Source: an uncultured Flavobacteriales bacterium (lineage in GTDB: Bacteria > Bacteroidota > Bacteroidia > Flavobacteriales_D > Crocinitomicaceae). From it: DNA of 64,000 nt. The stretch lies in the NCBI GenBank assembly GCA_913020765.1, contig CAJWAO010000003.1, positions 64 to 64,063 on the forward strand, read 5' to 3'. The position numbers and the translations under genes were made by a program. Positions 36,833 through 45,334 of this stretch are shown here, piece by piece. Below the pieces are notes generated by a model. It made no database searches, was not told the origin of the DNA, and was given only the letters and a program-made list of their open reading frames with translations. Numbering within the stretch: position 1 is the stretch's first letter; each line of letters starts with the position of its first letter.

Positions 36833-39547
36833 TTAACGAAGAAGGTTAACATGTCCCGATATCGTATTTTTTTCATCTGTATCAGGCACTTTAAATGTAA
36901 TTTTCCAAATGTAAGCTCCTTGTGGCGCATCTGTTCCATTCATACCGTATGATCCATCCCAACCTATATTAGGATCGTGTGATTCAAAAACAATGTCACC
37001 CCAGCGATTGAAAATCAAAAGTGTGTAGTTGTGGGGGTCTATAGATGGAGATAAAATAGGATTGAACTGTTGATTATGCTGGTCTTCGTCTGGTGTAAAT
37101 GAGTTTGGAATAAAAATCACAGGCTCCTCCTTACATTCGATGAAAAGAGATGCTGTATCCGCACAACCTTGATCGGTGCTTACGATTAAATTTGCCATGT
37201 AACCAAATGAGTTATTTTGATATAAGTGTTGAGGGTTTTCTTCAATTGAAAAACCTTCATCACCAAAATTCCAAAGGAAATTTGTAACGAAAGAAGAGGA
37301 GGTATTATAAAATTGTACCCATTGACTGCTTAAGTTTATCACAGCGGGTGCTGCGGTAAAACTTGCCTCAGGTTTACTTTCTAGACAGATAAGATTGTTT
37401 TGGGTGAGCGATGATACACAATTTTGCTCTGTACTTGTAAGGCTCACATCATAACATCCTGCTTCGGTGAAAGTTAGCGTGCTATTGCAATTATTAAATG
37501 TGTTTCCGTTACTGATAATCCATGCACAACTCGTATTTTCATTGGTAAAGGCATTTGAAAATTCGATTTCAATTGGCGCGCAACCAGTTGTTGAACTCAC
37601 AATAATTTCAATTTGTGGATTATTGACCACAATACAGTTTAGTGTTGCTAAGGAATCACAACCCGTAAGCAAACTTTCAAGATTGGCGGTTTGTGGTCCC
37701 GGTGCACTAATGGTCAAACCATTCCAATCAAAAGGGAGCTCAGAGGAACAAACTGTGGTATCAGTATTGCTTAAAAGTGTTGGATTTACCATTAAGTTCA
37801 ATGTCGCCAATGAATCACAGCCCGTAACCATACTTTGTAGTGTAACCGTACTCGTACCTGAATTATTAAGCGATAATCCATTCCATTCAAATGGAAGCTC
37901 GTGGTCACAGATGACAATGTTAGTAGTACTAAATAAAGTTGGATTCACTGTCACATTTAATGTAGCGAGTGAATCACATCCTGTGAGGGTACTTTGAAGT
38001 ATTGCGATCTGCTGTCCAGAGGCACTAAAGTTTAACCCATTCCAATTAAAGGGCAACTCCGTATCGCATACAACTGTATCCGTTATACTCGTTGAAGTTG
38101 GGAGAACTGTCAAATTTAATGTTGCTATAGAATCACAACCTGTTATTACACTGCTCAGTGTTACTGATTGGATATCAGAACTGTTAAAAGTTAATCCATT
38201 CCAATTTAGGGGCAGCTCAGTGTCACATACTGTAGAATCGGTCGTGCTTGACAAGCTTGGGTGAATCGTCACAACAATCGTTGCTGATGAATCGCATCCT
38301 AAGGAATTCGTCAATGTCGCATTATAGCTTCCCGAGCTATCAATATTTAATCCATTCCATTCAAAAGGCACTTGCGTATCACATAAAATAGAGTCTGTTG
38401 AACTGGATGAAGGTAGATTAATGGATAGGTTCAGAATTGCAGAGGAATCACAACTGTTCGTGCTTAGAAGTGTCAAAGTATCATTGGTTGAGGTATTGTA
38501 AGCAATACCATTCCAAAAATATGGCAATTGGTCCTCACAAATGACTGCATTTTCAATACTCGTTTCGATGGGAAGAACCGTCACATTGATGGTATCATAA
38601 TCGGGACAAGCACCAGAATTAGCAGCGATCAAGGTTTCAACGATGTACTGTTGTACAATAGGACCAGTTGTATTGTTCACTATTGTTGCTGTTGGATTTG
38701 AGATTGTTGGATTGTTTAAAGTCGTTGTATTATTCCAAGAATAGGTATGATTGGGATTGTTTGGTGCTCCAATCTGAATAGGCTCACCGCTGCAAACAGT
38801 AACATCGGAGCCTGCATTCGATTCGGCAAGGTCTGCATATATCGAGACATTTTTAATGGAGTGTTTATCTTTAAGTCCTCCCGTACTAGCTGTAAATCCC
38901 ATGTAACCGGCAAACGACACCGGAAAAAAAGCTGTTAAATAAAGAGTGCCATTTACAGTTAAGGAAATATTTCCGTTGTTGTAGGTAATTGTGGCAGCGT
39001 TATAGTCATTAGAACGTATAAAACTCAAACTCCCACCTATGTTGTCTAAATAAACGATTCCCGGTGCAAGCGCAGGATTCTCGTTATATCCATTACCACT
39101 ATATATTTGTAGGCAGGGATTTGCTAATCCCCAGTTGTTGTAGGTGTCAAAAACAACTTTAATTCCATTGGCCGTATTAGGTATTCCAACACCTCCTCCA
39201 GACACAAATCCTGATGGTGGTACATCCAGAAAACAAAATGCCAATCCATCAGCACCATTTCCTTCCCAAGCCCTAAATTCAAAGTCCACATGCCATTGGT
39301 TGCAGGTTGCAAGGTCTAATGGGTCTGTAAAAAAAATTCCACCGCTACTAGAGTTTACGTTGTTGGTTAAAATAATTTCATCTTGATTGGTATCGGGATC
39401 CCCTCCTGTATCATTTACATTTGCCGCACCAGTCAAATTCCATCCAGTTATATTTACAGGATTTCCTTGCAGTTCCGCAAAGATAAGCTGGCAAGCACAT
39501 ATTTGGGTTAAGCCCACAAATATGAGTAGCAATAATTTTTTGGGCAT
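36833..39547 (-). CDS. Large secreted protein: L-type (legume-like) lectin domain + six 53-aa two-Cys repeats + PKD-like domain + T9SS type B C-terminal domain
   Basis: Start set at MPKKLLLLIFVGL (ATG 39547). Lectin-like region DEIILT....SSGGIFF......W.V.FEF......GADGLAFCF. C-terminus IFIPNSFTPDEDQHNQQFNP...LLIFNRWGDIVFES......WDG........QGAYIWKI.....GHVNLLR. Confidence 0.75.
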   Translation of the reverse strand: MPKKLLLLIFVGLTQICACQLIFAELQGNPVNITGWNLTGAANVNDTGGDPDTNQDEIILTNNVNSSSGGIFFTDPLDLATCNQWHVDFEFRAWEGNGADGLAFCFLDVPPSGFVSGGGVGIPNTANGIKVVFDTYNNWGLANPCLQIYSGNGYNENPALAPGIVYLDNIGGSLSFIRSNDYNAATITYNNGNISLTVNGTLYLTAFFPVSFAGYMGFTASTGGLKDKHSIKNVSIYADLAESNAGSDVTVCSGEPIQIGAPNNPNHTYSWNNTTTLNNPTISNPTATIVNNTTGPIVQQYIVETLIAANSGACPDYDTINVTVLPIETSIENAVICEDQLPYFWNGIAYNTSTNDTLTLLSTNSCDSSAILNLSINLPSSSSTDSILCDTQVPFEWNGLNIDSSGSYNATLTNSLGCDSSATIVVTIHPSLSSTTDSTVCDTELPLNWNGLTFNSSDIQSVTLSSVITGCDSIATLNLTVLPTSTSITDTVVCDTELPFNWNGLNFSASGQQIAILQSTLTGCDSLATLNVTVNPTLFSTTNIVICDHELPFEWNGLSLNNSGTSTVTLQSMVTGCDSLATLNLMVNPTLLSNTDTTVCSSELPFDWNGLTISAPGPQTANLESLLTGCDSLATLNCIVVNNPQIEIIVSSTTGCAPIEIEFSNAFTNENTSCAWIISNGNTFNNCNSTLTFTEAGCYDVSLTSTEQNCVSSLTQNNLICLESKPEASFTAAPAVINLSSQWVQFYNTSSSFVTNFLWNFGDEGFSIEENPQHLYQNNSFGYMANLIVSTDQGCADTASLFIECKEEPVIFIPNSFTPDEDQHNQQFNPILSPSIDPHNYTLLIFNRWGDIVFESHDPNIGWDGSYGMNGTDAPQGAYIWKITFKVPDTDEKNTISGHVNLLR
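37630..38580 (-). repeat. Six tandem 159-bp (53-aa) coding repeats inside 36833..39547; boundaries approximate
   Basis: The GCDS-encoding element (gaatcacaNcc on the plus strand) recurs near 37655, 37814, 37973, 38132, 38291 and 38448, about 159 nt apart. Peptide consensus: CD.ELPF.WNGL.F..SG.....L.S..TGCDS.ATLNLTV.P. Confidence 0.7.
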
Positions 39548-39660
39548 TAGAATGGTGTTTAGCTCCTCTAAGATAGGAACAAAGACACGTTTCTCAAAAA
39601 AAATAAAACAATCTCTTTTTAAGTTGTGGACTGCCTTTTCAAATTCGAACAATCAAGCAA

Positions 39661-39876
39661 TCAACTTAAATACTGGTAAACAAAAAGAACGAAAGCGAAT
39701 AAAATAAATATCAGAAAGATGTATTTTTCTCGTCCTTTTCTCGAATTATACAGACGAATCCAATTTTGAACCATAGGCCTTTTATAAACGAATAACGTAA
39801 ATAAAACAGCAACAACACATATAGGAATCAGTACCATGCAAAAGACAAGTAAAAATGCAGGTGGTTCTCGGTACAT
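39661..39876 (-). CDS. Small hypothetical membrane protein (two predicted transmembrane helices)
   Basis: 71-aa ORF located 17 nt downstream of 39894..41204, on the same strand. Two hydrophobic stretches (FLLVFCMVLIPICVVAVLFTLFV and IFLIFILFAFVLFV). Confidence 0.4.
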   Translation of the reverse strand: MYREPPAFLLVFCMVLIPICVVAVLFTLFVYKRPMVQNWIRLYNSRKGREKYIFLIFILFAFVLFVYQYLS

Positions 39877-39893
39877 CTATTTTATGTGTAGAA

Positions 39894-41204
39894 TTAATAT
39901 GCCACACGAAACACCTTTTCTATACTTCCATCATCATAGACATAGATCAAAGGAGTATTGGGCTTAAACCTCGTTTCTCTGCCTAGTAAATCTAGAATTT
40001 GTATGAGGTTTTTTTGTGAAGGATTCAGATTGGTCAACCCGACAGACAAACATGCGGGAACAATGCCATTATCACTATTAAGAGATAGTGCGTAATCATA
40101 AAGGGCATCGCAGATATATAAATTCGTACCGCTTCCGTTGGAAAGTACGCATACTCCAATGTTTGATAATGGATCTACATACATATCGGTTGAAACGCCC
40201 ATCTCGCCGCCATTGTGTCCCCATAGGTAAGCTTCTCCTCCGCTGTAATACAGTAGCTCCTTATACCAATTTAAGCCCTGTGAATTCTGAATAGATGGAA
40301 CCTGTTCGGTCCACATTTCATTTACAGACGAAGAATTTAAGATAGTATTGTCTCCGAGTGTTCCTCCATTCAAAAAAGCAATCATGAAATTTGCCAGGTC
40401 CATTACGGAGCTCCTTAATTGGCCGTCGGGGTAATCTGCAAATCCATAATGTGGATTGGCAATAAAATTGCCATTGGAATAAGAATAGGGTCGTGCCACT
40501 TCATTAGAATCAAGATCCGCCATGTGCCATGCCGTCTTTTCCATACAAAGAGGTTCGAAAATATGCGTATCACAGTAGTCATCAAAAGGTATCGTGCTTG
40601 CAATTTCTGTAATGTAACCATTCAGTGCTGTGGCCATGTTTGAGTAGCTATATGTTGTTCCTGGAGCAGCACTGATAAAATTTTGATTCGCGTTGTAATT
40701 TCCTCCCGTCAACGTAAAGTAGTCTTGCATGCAATCCTCTAGGGTCATGGTTGGATCAGGGTAACCATAATAATTACCCATAGCACCCCAGTTGTCTTTT
40801 ATTGAGGATGTATGCGTCATTAACTGATGAATGGTCATCTGCGTTGAATTGTGAATAGGATGCTGTAAGGACCAAGGTAGGTGCTCATTAATGTCATCAT
40901 CTAGCGCCAATATCCCGTTTTCTCTGAGCTGCATGGTAGCGGTTCCGGTGAACAGTTTTGACATGGATGCCAAGAGGAACTGAGTACTGTCTGAGACTAG
41001 AATACCGTTTTCAATATCGGCAAAACCATAAGATTGAATCCAAACAATCTCCCCATCTTTTACAATCACTGTTGCTGTTCCCGGGAAGTGTTCTTCTTGC
41101 ATTTCTTCTTGAATGTATTCGTCCAAAATAGAACTTGGATTGGGGTTTTGCGAGTGGCTGAAAAAGACGATGAATAGAAATAAGCAGGAGACTAAATGCT
41201 TCAT
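39894..41204 (-). CDS. Serine hydrolase, beta-lactamase/PBP-like (class C-type fold), secreted; possible short T9SS-like tail
   Basis: Start at MKHLVSCLFLF (ATG 41204) with signal ..FSHS|QN. S-x-x-K motif LASMSKLF, and HNGG near the C-terminal part. The tail ..LIQILDLLGRE....PLIYVYDDGSIEKVFRV resembles type A CTD strands. Confidence 0.7.
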   Translation of the reverse strand: MKHLVSCLFLFIVFFSHSQNPNPSSILDEYIQEEMQEEHFPGTATVIVKDGEIVWIQSYGFADIENGILVSDSTQFLLASMSKLFTGTATMQLRENGILALDDDINEHLPWSLQHPIHNSTQMTIHQLMTHTSSIKDNWGAMGNYYGYPDPTMTLEDCMQDYFTLTGGNYNANQNFISAAPGTTYSYSNMATALNGYITEIASTIPFDDYCDTHIFEPLCMEKTAWHMADLDSNEVARPYSYSNGNFIANPHYGFADYPDGQLRSSVMDLANFMIAFLNGGTLGDNTILNSSSVNEMWTEQVPSIQNSQGLNWYKELLYYSGGEAYLWGHNGGEMGVSTDMYVDPLSNIGVCVLSNGSGTNLYICDALYDYALSLNSDNGIVPACLSVGLTNLNPSQKNLIQILDLLGRETRFKPNTPLIYVYDDGSIEKVFRVAY

Positions 41205-41276
41205 ATATACAGGATGAGTTTTTCCAAAGATAGCAAAGAAGTAATAAAAAAAGGGAGTCATAAACTCCCTTAGTTG

Positions 41277-41350
41277 TGATCGAGACAGGATTCGAACCTG
41301 TGACCGTCTGCTTAGAAGGCAGATGCTCTATCCAGCTGAGCTACTCGACC
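41277..41350 (-). tRNA. tRNA-Arg (anticodon TCT)
   Basis: The reverse complement folds as a cloverleaf: acceptor GGTCGAG/CTCGATC, anticodon arm TCTGC-CTTCTAA-GCAGA, T-arm ACAGG-TTCGAAT-CCTGT. No encoded CCA. Confidence 0.9.
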
Positions 41351-41380
41351 AATAAAAAAGGGGGATGGGTTACATCCCCC
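41351..41380 (-). terminator. Intrinsic terminator between tRNA-Pro and tRNA-Arg
   Basis: On the minus strand: 7-bp stem GGGGGAT / ATCCCCC (41360-41380) with a 7-nt loop, followed by TTTTTTATT (41351-41359). Confidence 0.55.
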
Positions 41381-41383
41381 AAG

Positions 41384-41458
41384 TCGGGGTGGCAGGATTC
41401 GAACCTGCGACCTCCTGCTCCCAAAGCAGGCGCGATGACCGGGCTACGCTACACCCCG
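41384..41458 (-). tRNA. tRNA-Pro (anticodon TGG)
   Basis: Acceptor CGGGGTG/CACCCCG, anticodon arm CCTGC-TTTGGGA-GCAGG, T-arm GCAGG-TTCGAAT-CCTGC. Confidence 0.9.
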
Positions 41459-41542
41459 ATGAATTAGTCATCTATTGTTCTTCCAAATATTTGGAAAGTG
41501 CGTGCAAAAGTAATCATTTTAATTCCTTTAACAAACACTTAG

Positions 41543-41630
41543 CGGAGAGACGGGGATTCGAACCCCGGGTACCCGGTTAGGGTACGCTTGTTTAGCAAAC
41601 AAGTCCTTTCGGCCTCTCAGGCACCTCTCC
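41543..41630 (-). tRNA. tRNA-Ser (anticodon GCT), long variable arm
   Basis: Acceptor GGAGAGG/TCTCTCC, anticodon arm CTTGT-TTGCTAA-ACAAG, variable arm GTACCC..GGGTAC, T-arm CGGGG-TTCGAAT-CCCCG. 88 nt. Confidence 0.9.
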
Positions 41631-41697
41631 AATGTTCAATGAACGGAGGGCAAAAATAAGGATTCTAATGCTTAGAATAAAAAAAAAATGAAATTTT

Positions 41698-42867
41698 TTA
41701 GTGGTAGATGTATTTACCTTTTTCACCATCAATTGTGACCTGAGCTTTGTCTGCTGATTCAACCCTTCCAATCACTTTTGCATCCACATTAAAGCGCTCA
41801 GAAATCGCAATGATTTCTGCCGCATATTTTTCAGGTAAATAGAGTTCCATTCGGTGTCCCATGTTGAACACTTTGTACATTTCTTCCCAGTCTGTTTTAG
41901 ATTCTTTCTGAATCATATCAAAGAGTGGGGGTATGTCAAATAAATTGTCTTTAATGATATGAAGGTTTTTTACAAAGTGTAAAATTTTGGTTTGTGCGCC
42001 ACCTGAACAATGAACCATTCCATTTACCTTTCCTTTACATTCTTCAAGAATTGCTTTGATGATTGGAGCATAAGTTCTTGTAGGGGAGAGCACCAGCTTT
42101 CCGGCGTTTACAGGACAATTTTCTACAATATCGGTCAAGGTTTTAGACCCGCTGTAAACAAGGTCACTTGGTACTTGTGGGTCAAAGCTTTCTGGGAATT
42201 CATTTGCCAGCGTTTTGTTAAAGACATCATGACGCGCACTGGTCAATCCATTACTGCCCATACCTCCATTGTATTCTTTTTCGTACGTGGCTTGACCATA
42301 CGAGGAAAGACCCACGATGACATCTCCAGGCTGGATGTTGTCATTTGAGATCACATCACTTCTCTTCATTCTTGCAATTACAGTGGAGTCCACAATGATT
42401 GTTCTGACAAGGTCACCAACATCTGCCGTTTCTCCACCAGTAGAGTGAATTTCAATACCATGTTCACGAAGGTCCTCTAAAAGCTCTTCTGTGCCATTAA
42501 TGATTTGCGATAGGACCTCTCCTGTGATGAGGTTTTTATTTCTTCCTATGGTTGAAGACAAAAGAATAGGTCCTGTTGCGCCGACACAAAGTAAGTCATC
42601 TAGATTCATGATTAGTGCATCTTGTGCAATACCTTTCCACACACTTACATCTCCTGTTTTTTTCCAATACATGTAGGCCAGCGATGATTTTGTTCCGGCA
42701 CCATCTGCATGCATAATACAACAGTAGTCCTTGTCTCCAGTCAAATGATCGGGTACAATTTTGCAAAAAGCTTGAGGAAATAAACCTTTGTCTACTTTTT
42801 TAATCGCGTTATGTACATCTTCTTTTCCTGCGGAAACTCCTCTTGATTGGTATCGGTTATCTGACAT
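41698..42867 (-). CDS. purM: Phosphoribosylformylglycinamidine cyclo-ligase (AIR synthase), long form
   Basis: Start at MSDNRYQSRGVS (ATG 42867). AIR-synthase-family motifs DGAGTK, ..DDLLC.GA and GGETA. Confidence 0.8.
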   Translation of the reverse strand: MSDNRYQSRGVSAGKEDVHNAIKKVDKGLFPQAFCKIVPDHLTGDKDYCCIMHADGAGTKSSLAYMYWKKTGDVSVWKGIAQDALIMNLDDLLCVGATGPILLSSTIGRNKNLITGEVLSQIINGTEELLEDLREHGIEIHSTGGETADVGDLVRTIIVDSTVIARMKRSDVISNDNIQPGDVIVGLSSYGQATYEKEYNGGMGSNGLTSARHDVFNKTLANEFPESFDPQVPSDLVYSGSKTLTDIVENCPVNAGKLVLSPTRTYAPIIKAILEECKGKVNGMVHCSGGAQTKILHFVKNLHIIKDNLFDIPPLFDMIQKESKTDWEEMYKVFNMGHRMELYLPEKYAAEIIAISERFNVDAKVIGRVESADKAQVTIDGEKGKYIYH

Positions 42868-42939
42868 ATTTTTATGTGTGGTTACAAAGTTAGAAAATTG
42901 CATGGTCTAAGCGCTTTTCAAAACCAACAAAAGCCATTC

Positions 42940-44526
42940 TTACTTAACGAGCTCAAAAAGTAATTCTACTTCAGGATCTATAATCACCTCAGTGATGGGA
43001 TAGCTGGTGACAATATCCTTCTTCGTATTTTCTTGAGAGACCTGTATTTTTCTTTGAATTGTGGGGCCTTCAGTACATTTTATTTCAACCTTCAATGGGA
43101 AGTTAAAAATCTCTTCTTTTTGATTAATCTCCAGAGAAAGCCTTCTATTCTCAAAGCTTGATTTTATTTGAAGCTTTGGATGTCCAGCCCGATGTAGCCA
43201 CTGATTGAAAAAAGTACTGAAATCTTTATCGCATACTGTTTCAACAACATGCTGAAAGTCTTTCGAATTTGCATTGGAACGTTTATATTTTTGGTAATAT
43301 GTCTGAATGCATTCTTGAAACAAATCATCGCCAATTTCAGCGCGGAGCATGTGAAGTACCCATCCTCCTTTTTGATAGCTATTCGGATTTAGTAAATCCA
43401 TTAGACTTTGATGGTCAATATCTACAACCGGGTGGTGGTATCGCTTATCGAAATTCACCACTTTTTTTCGGTCTTGTTTCAATTGTGCCTTGAAAGCCAG
43501 ATCCCCTTTGGTTTTTTCGATGTAAATATTCGTGAGGTAGGTTGCAAAACCTTCACTGAGCCATAGATGTGGCCAATCTTTTTCAGTTGCAGAATTACCG
43601 AACCACTGATGGACAATTTCATGTGCAATTAAATTTTCAGCACTTTTCGTTCCATTCAATGCATCTTCGTCATAAAAAATACACCCAGCATTTTCCATTC
43701 CTCCAAATCTAGTTGTGGATTGAACGTTATCAAGTTTTTCAAATTCATAAGGCGCAATATATGCGGTGTAGAAGTCAAGTATATCCGGAGCTAAGCTCAA
43801 ATCTTCTCCTGCCTCTTGCTTGTTTTCAGGATAAGTGAAGCTTTGCACCAACGTTCCATCAGCAATACCTGCGACATCCATGCTGAATTGAGCGATACCG
43901 ACTACCATTACTTTTGTGGGGATTGGGACCATTGAGGAATAATGGAATGTTTTTATTTTTTTTCGTTTTTTTACGGATACCAATGCGCCATTTGCAACTA
44001 CAGTATATTGTTGTGGTGCATGAACAATAAACTCAACGCTTGCCTTATCAGAGAGATGGTCATTACATACAAACCAATTGTGAGCGCGGTTTGGCCAGTT
44101 GTCTCCAAAAAAAGTTCGGTTACCAAATTTATTCTCCCCAATCACTAAACCATCAACTGGTACTCCTTTAAATGAAATATCGATTTCATATTTTTTATCT
44201 TCCGTCGAAGGTTCAACGAATAAATATAAACTATCATTTTTGTGTAAAAATTCAATTGCTTTCGAATCCATGGATGTCTTCGACACCCGCATACCCTTAC
44301 CGAACTTATTTAAAGATTTTAGATTAAAAACAATGGGCTTTTTTTTATCGGTATGTGAAAAATATATTGTTTCTGATACATTGATTGTGTCAGTAATATC
44401 ATCGACCCTTAGGTCGATTTTGTAATGTAAAACATCAATTTGTTCGATTTGTGCTGTAGATGAGTTGGAATACCAAAACAAAATAACAAACAAAAGTAGA
44501 TTCAATTTCATAAATCTAAAATACAT
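42940..44526 (-). CDS. M1 family metallopeptidase (aminopeptidase N-like)
   Basis: GGMEN exopeptidase motif, HEIVHQWFGN zinc motif, and downstream WLSEGFATY. Signal peptide ..SSTA|QI. The alternative start MKLNLLL (44511) is possible. Confidence 0.85.
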   Translation of the reverse strand: MYFRFMKLNLLLFVILFWYSNSSTAQIEQIDVLHYKIDLRVDDITDTINVSETIYFSHTDKKKPIVFNLKSLNKFGKGMRVSKTSMDSKAIEFLHKNDSLYLFVEPSTEDKKYEIDISFKGVPVDGLVIGENKFGNRTFFGDNWPNRAHNWFVCNDHLSDKASVEFIVHAPQQYTVVANGALVSVKKRKKIKTFHYSSMVPIPTKVMVVGIAQFSMDVAGIADGTLVQSFTYPENKQEAGEDLSLAPDILDFYTAYIAPYEFEKLDNVQSTTRFGGMENAGCIFYDEDALNGTKSAENLIAHEIVHQWFGNSATEKDWPHLWLSEGFATYLTNIYIEKTKGDLAFKAQLKQDRKKVVNFDKRYHHPVVDIDHQSLMDLLNPNSYQKGGWVLHMLRAEIGDDLFQECIQTYYQKYKRSNANSKDFQHVVETVCDKDFSTFFNQWLHRAGHPKLQIKSSFENRRLSLEINQKEEIFNFPLKVEIKCTEGPTIQRKIQVSQENTKKDIVTSYPITEVIIDPEVELLFELVK

Positions 44527-45287
44527 TATTTAAAGCCACGGCTCTTTTTTATATTCTCATATGCCTCTTGAATTTTGAGAAATTTCTCTTTTGCCCCTTT
44601 TTGGTATTCCTCACCCATAGAGGCCACTTTATCAGGGTGATGCGCAATTGCCATTTTGCGATAGGCCTTTTTAATTTCCTCATTACTGGCGTTTGCCGTT
44701 ACTCCAAGAATTTTATAATCGGAATTCACATCCCGATAGAACATGTTTTTTAGACTAATAAAATCTTGTTGAGAGACCCCTAAAAGATTTGCGATATTTT
44801 CAATGCTGTTTAGTTCGGATTCTGCAACGTTTCCGTCTGCTTTTGCGATACCAAATAGATAATGAAGAAGTTGCACCCTGACTTCGGTTGGCATTCTGTT
44901 TCGAATATCATTGCATATTTCATTAAGCGGAATGCGATTAGAATCTAGGAATTGCTTTAAGACCTTAAGATGCGTTGAATTAAATTGGTTTCCGAATTGC
45001 TGAGAAAAGAATCTTTTAACATAATCGAGTTCTGCTTTGAGGACTTTTCCGTCAGCTTTCATCACTGCAGCAGACAATGCCATGAGCATCGTTGGGATGT
45101 CATATTTGGATGAGCTTTGGCGATAAAACTCAAAGGGGTCTTGTGCAAATCCTCCTTGGCCTCCTTGGGTTCCTCTGTTCTGTGTCCTCCCGTTCTCAAA
45201 TAGTGAGGCGACGATGTATGCAATAACCGCCAACCAAATTCTTTTGGTGACCAGAAATACAAAAAAGGCAATAAATAACTTCTGCAA
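44526..45287 (-). CDS. DjlA-like membrane co-chaperone: N-terminal transmembrane segment + TerB-like domain + C-terminal J domain
   Basis: C-terminal DYKILGV....[16 protein letters not shown] (HPD motif). The central region with paired ..ADG.V...E helices is TerB-like. TAATG overlap with the M1 peptidase start. Confidence 0.7.
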   Translation of the reverse strand: MQKLFIAFFVFLVTKRIWLAVIAYIVASLFENGRTQNRGTQGGQGGFAQDPFEFYRQSSSKYDIPTMLMALSAAVMKADGKVLKAELDYVKRFFSQQFGNQFNSTHLKVLKQFLDSNRIPLNEICNDIRNRMPTEVRVQLLHYLFGIAKADGNVAESELNSIENIANLLGVSQQDFISLKNMFYRDVNSDYKILGVTANASNEEIKKAYRKMAIAHHPDKVASMGEEYQKGAKEKFLKIQEAYENIKKSRGFK

Positions 45288-45302
45288 GTAAAATGAAATT
45301 AG

Positions 45303-45333
45303 CTAAAATAGGGGGCTTTTGCCCCCTATTTTG
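45303..45333 (-). terminator. Terminator hairpin just after htpG
   Basis: 9-bp stem atagggggc (45308-45316) / gccccctat (45321-45329) with loop tttt, beginning 5 nt after the htpG stop. On the minus strand it is followed by TTTTAGC. Confidence 0.5.
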
Positions 45334-45334
45334 A

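Noticed and set aside
37467-37997. 176-aa plus-strand ORF antisense to the lectin/repeat gene
   Set aside because: It lies exactly over the 159-bp coding repeats and mirrors their periodicity (..ESQPV.. recurring). It has no independent start context or motifs, so it is a by-product of repeat composition.
37630-38580. Regularly spaced repeats as a possible CRISPR or other non-coding array
   Set aside because: The period is 159 nt, the units are diverged, and everything lies in one long open reading frame with a conserved peptide consensus. There are no short identical repeats with unique spacers and no cas genes in the window.
41277-41630. tRNA cluster, and tRNA-Cys at 49945-50016, as integration sites of genomic islands
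   Set aside because: I found no integrase next to them and no duplicated tRNA 3'-end segments in the flanks. The neighbouring genes, purM and a serine hydrolase, give no mobility signal. The idea is kept only as a weak note in the cargo-cluster findings.
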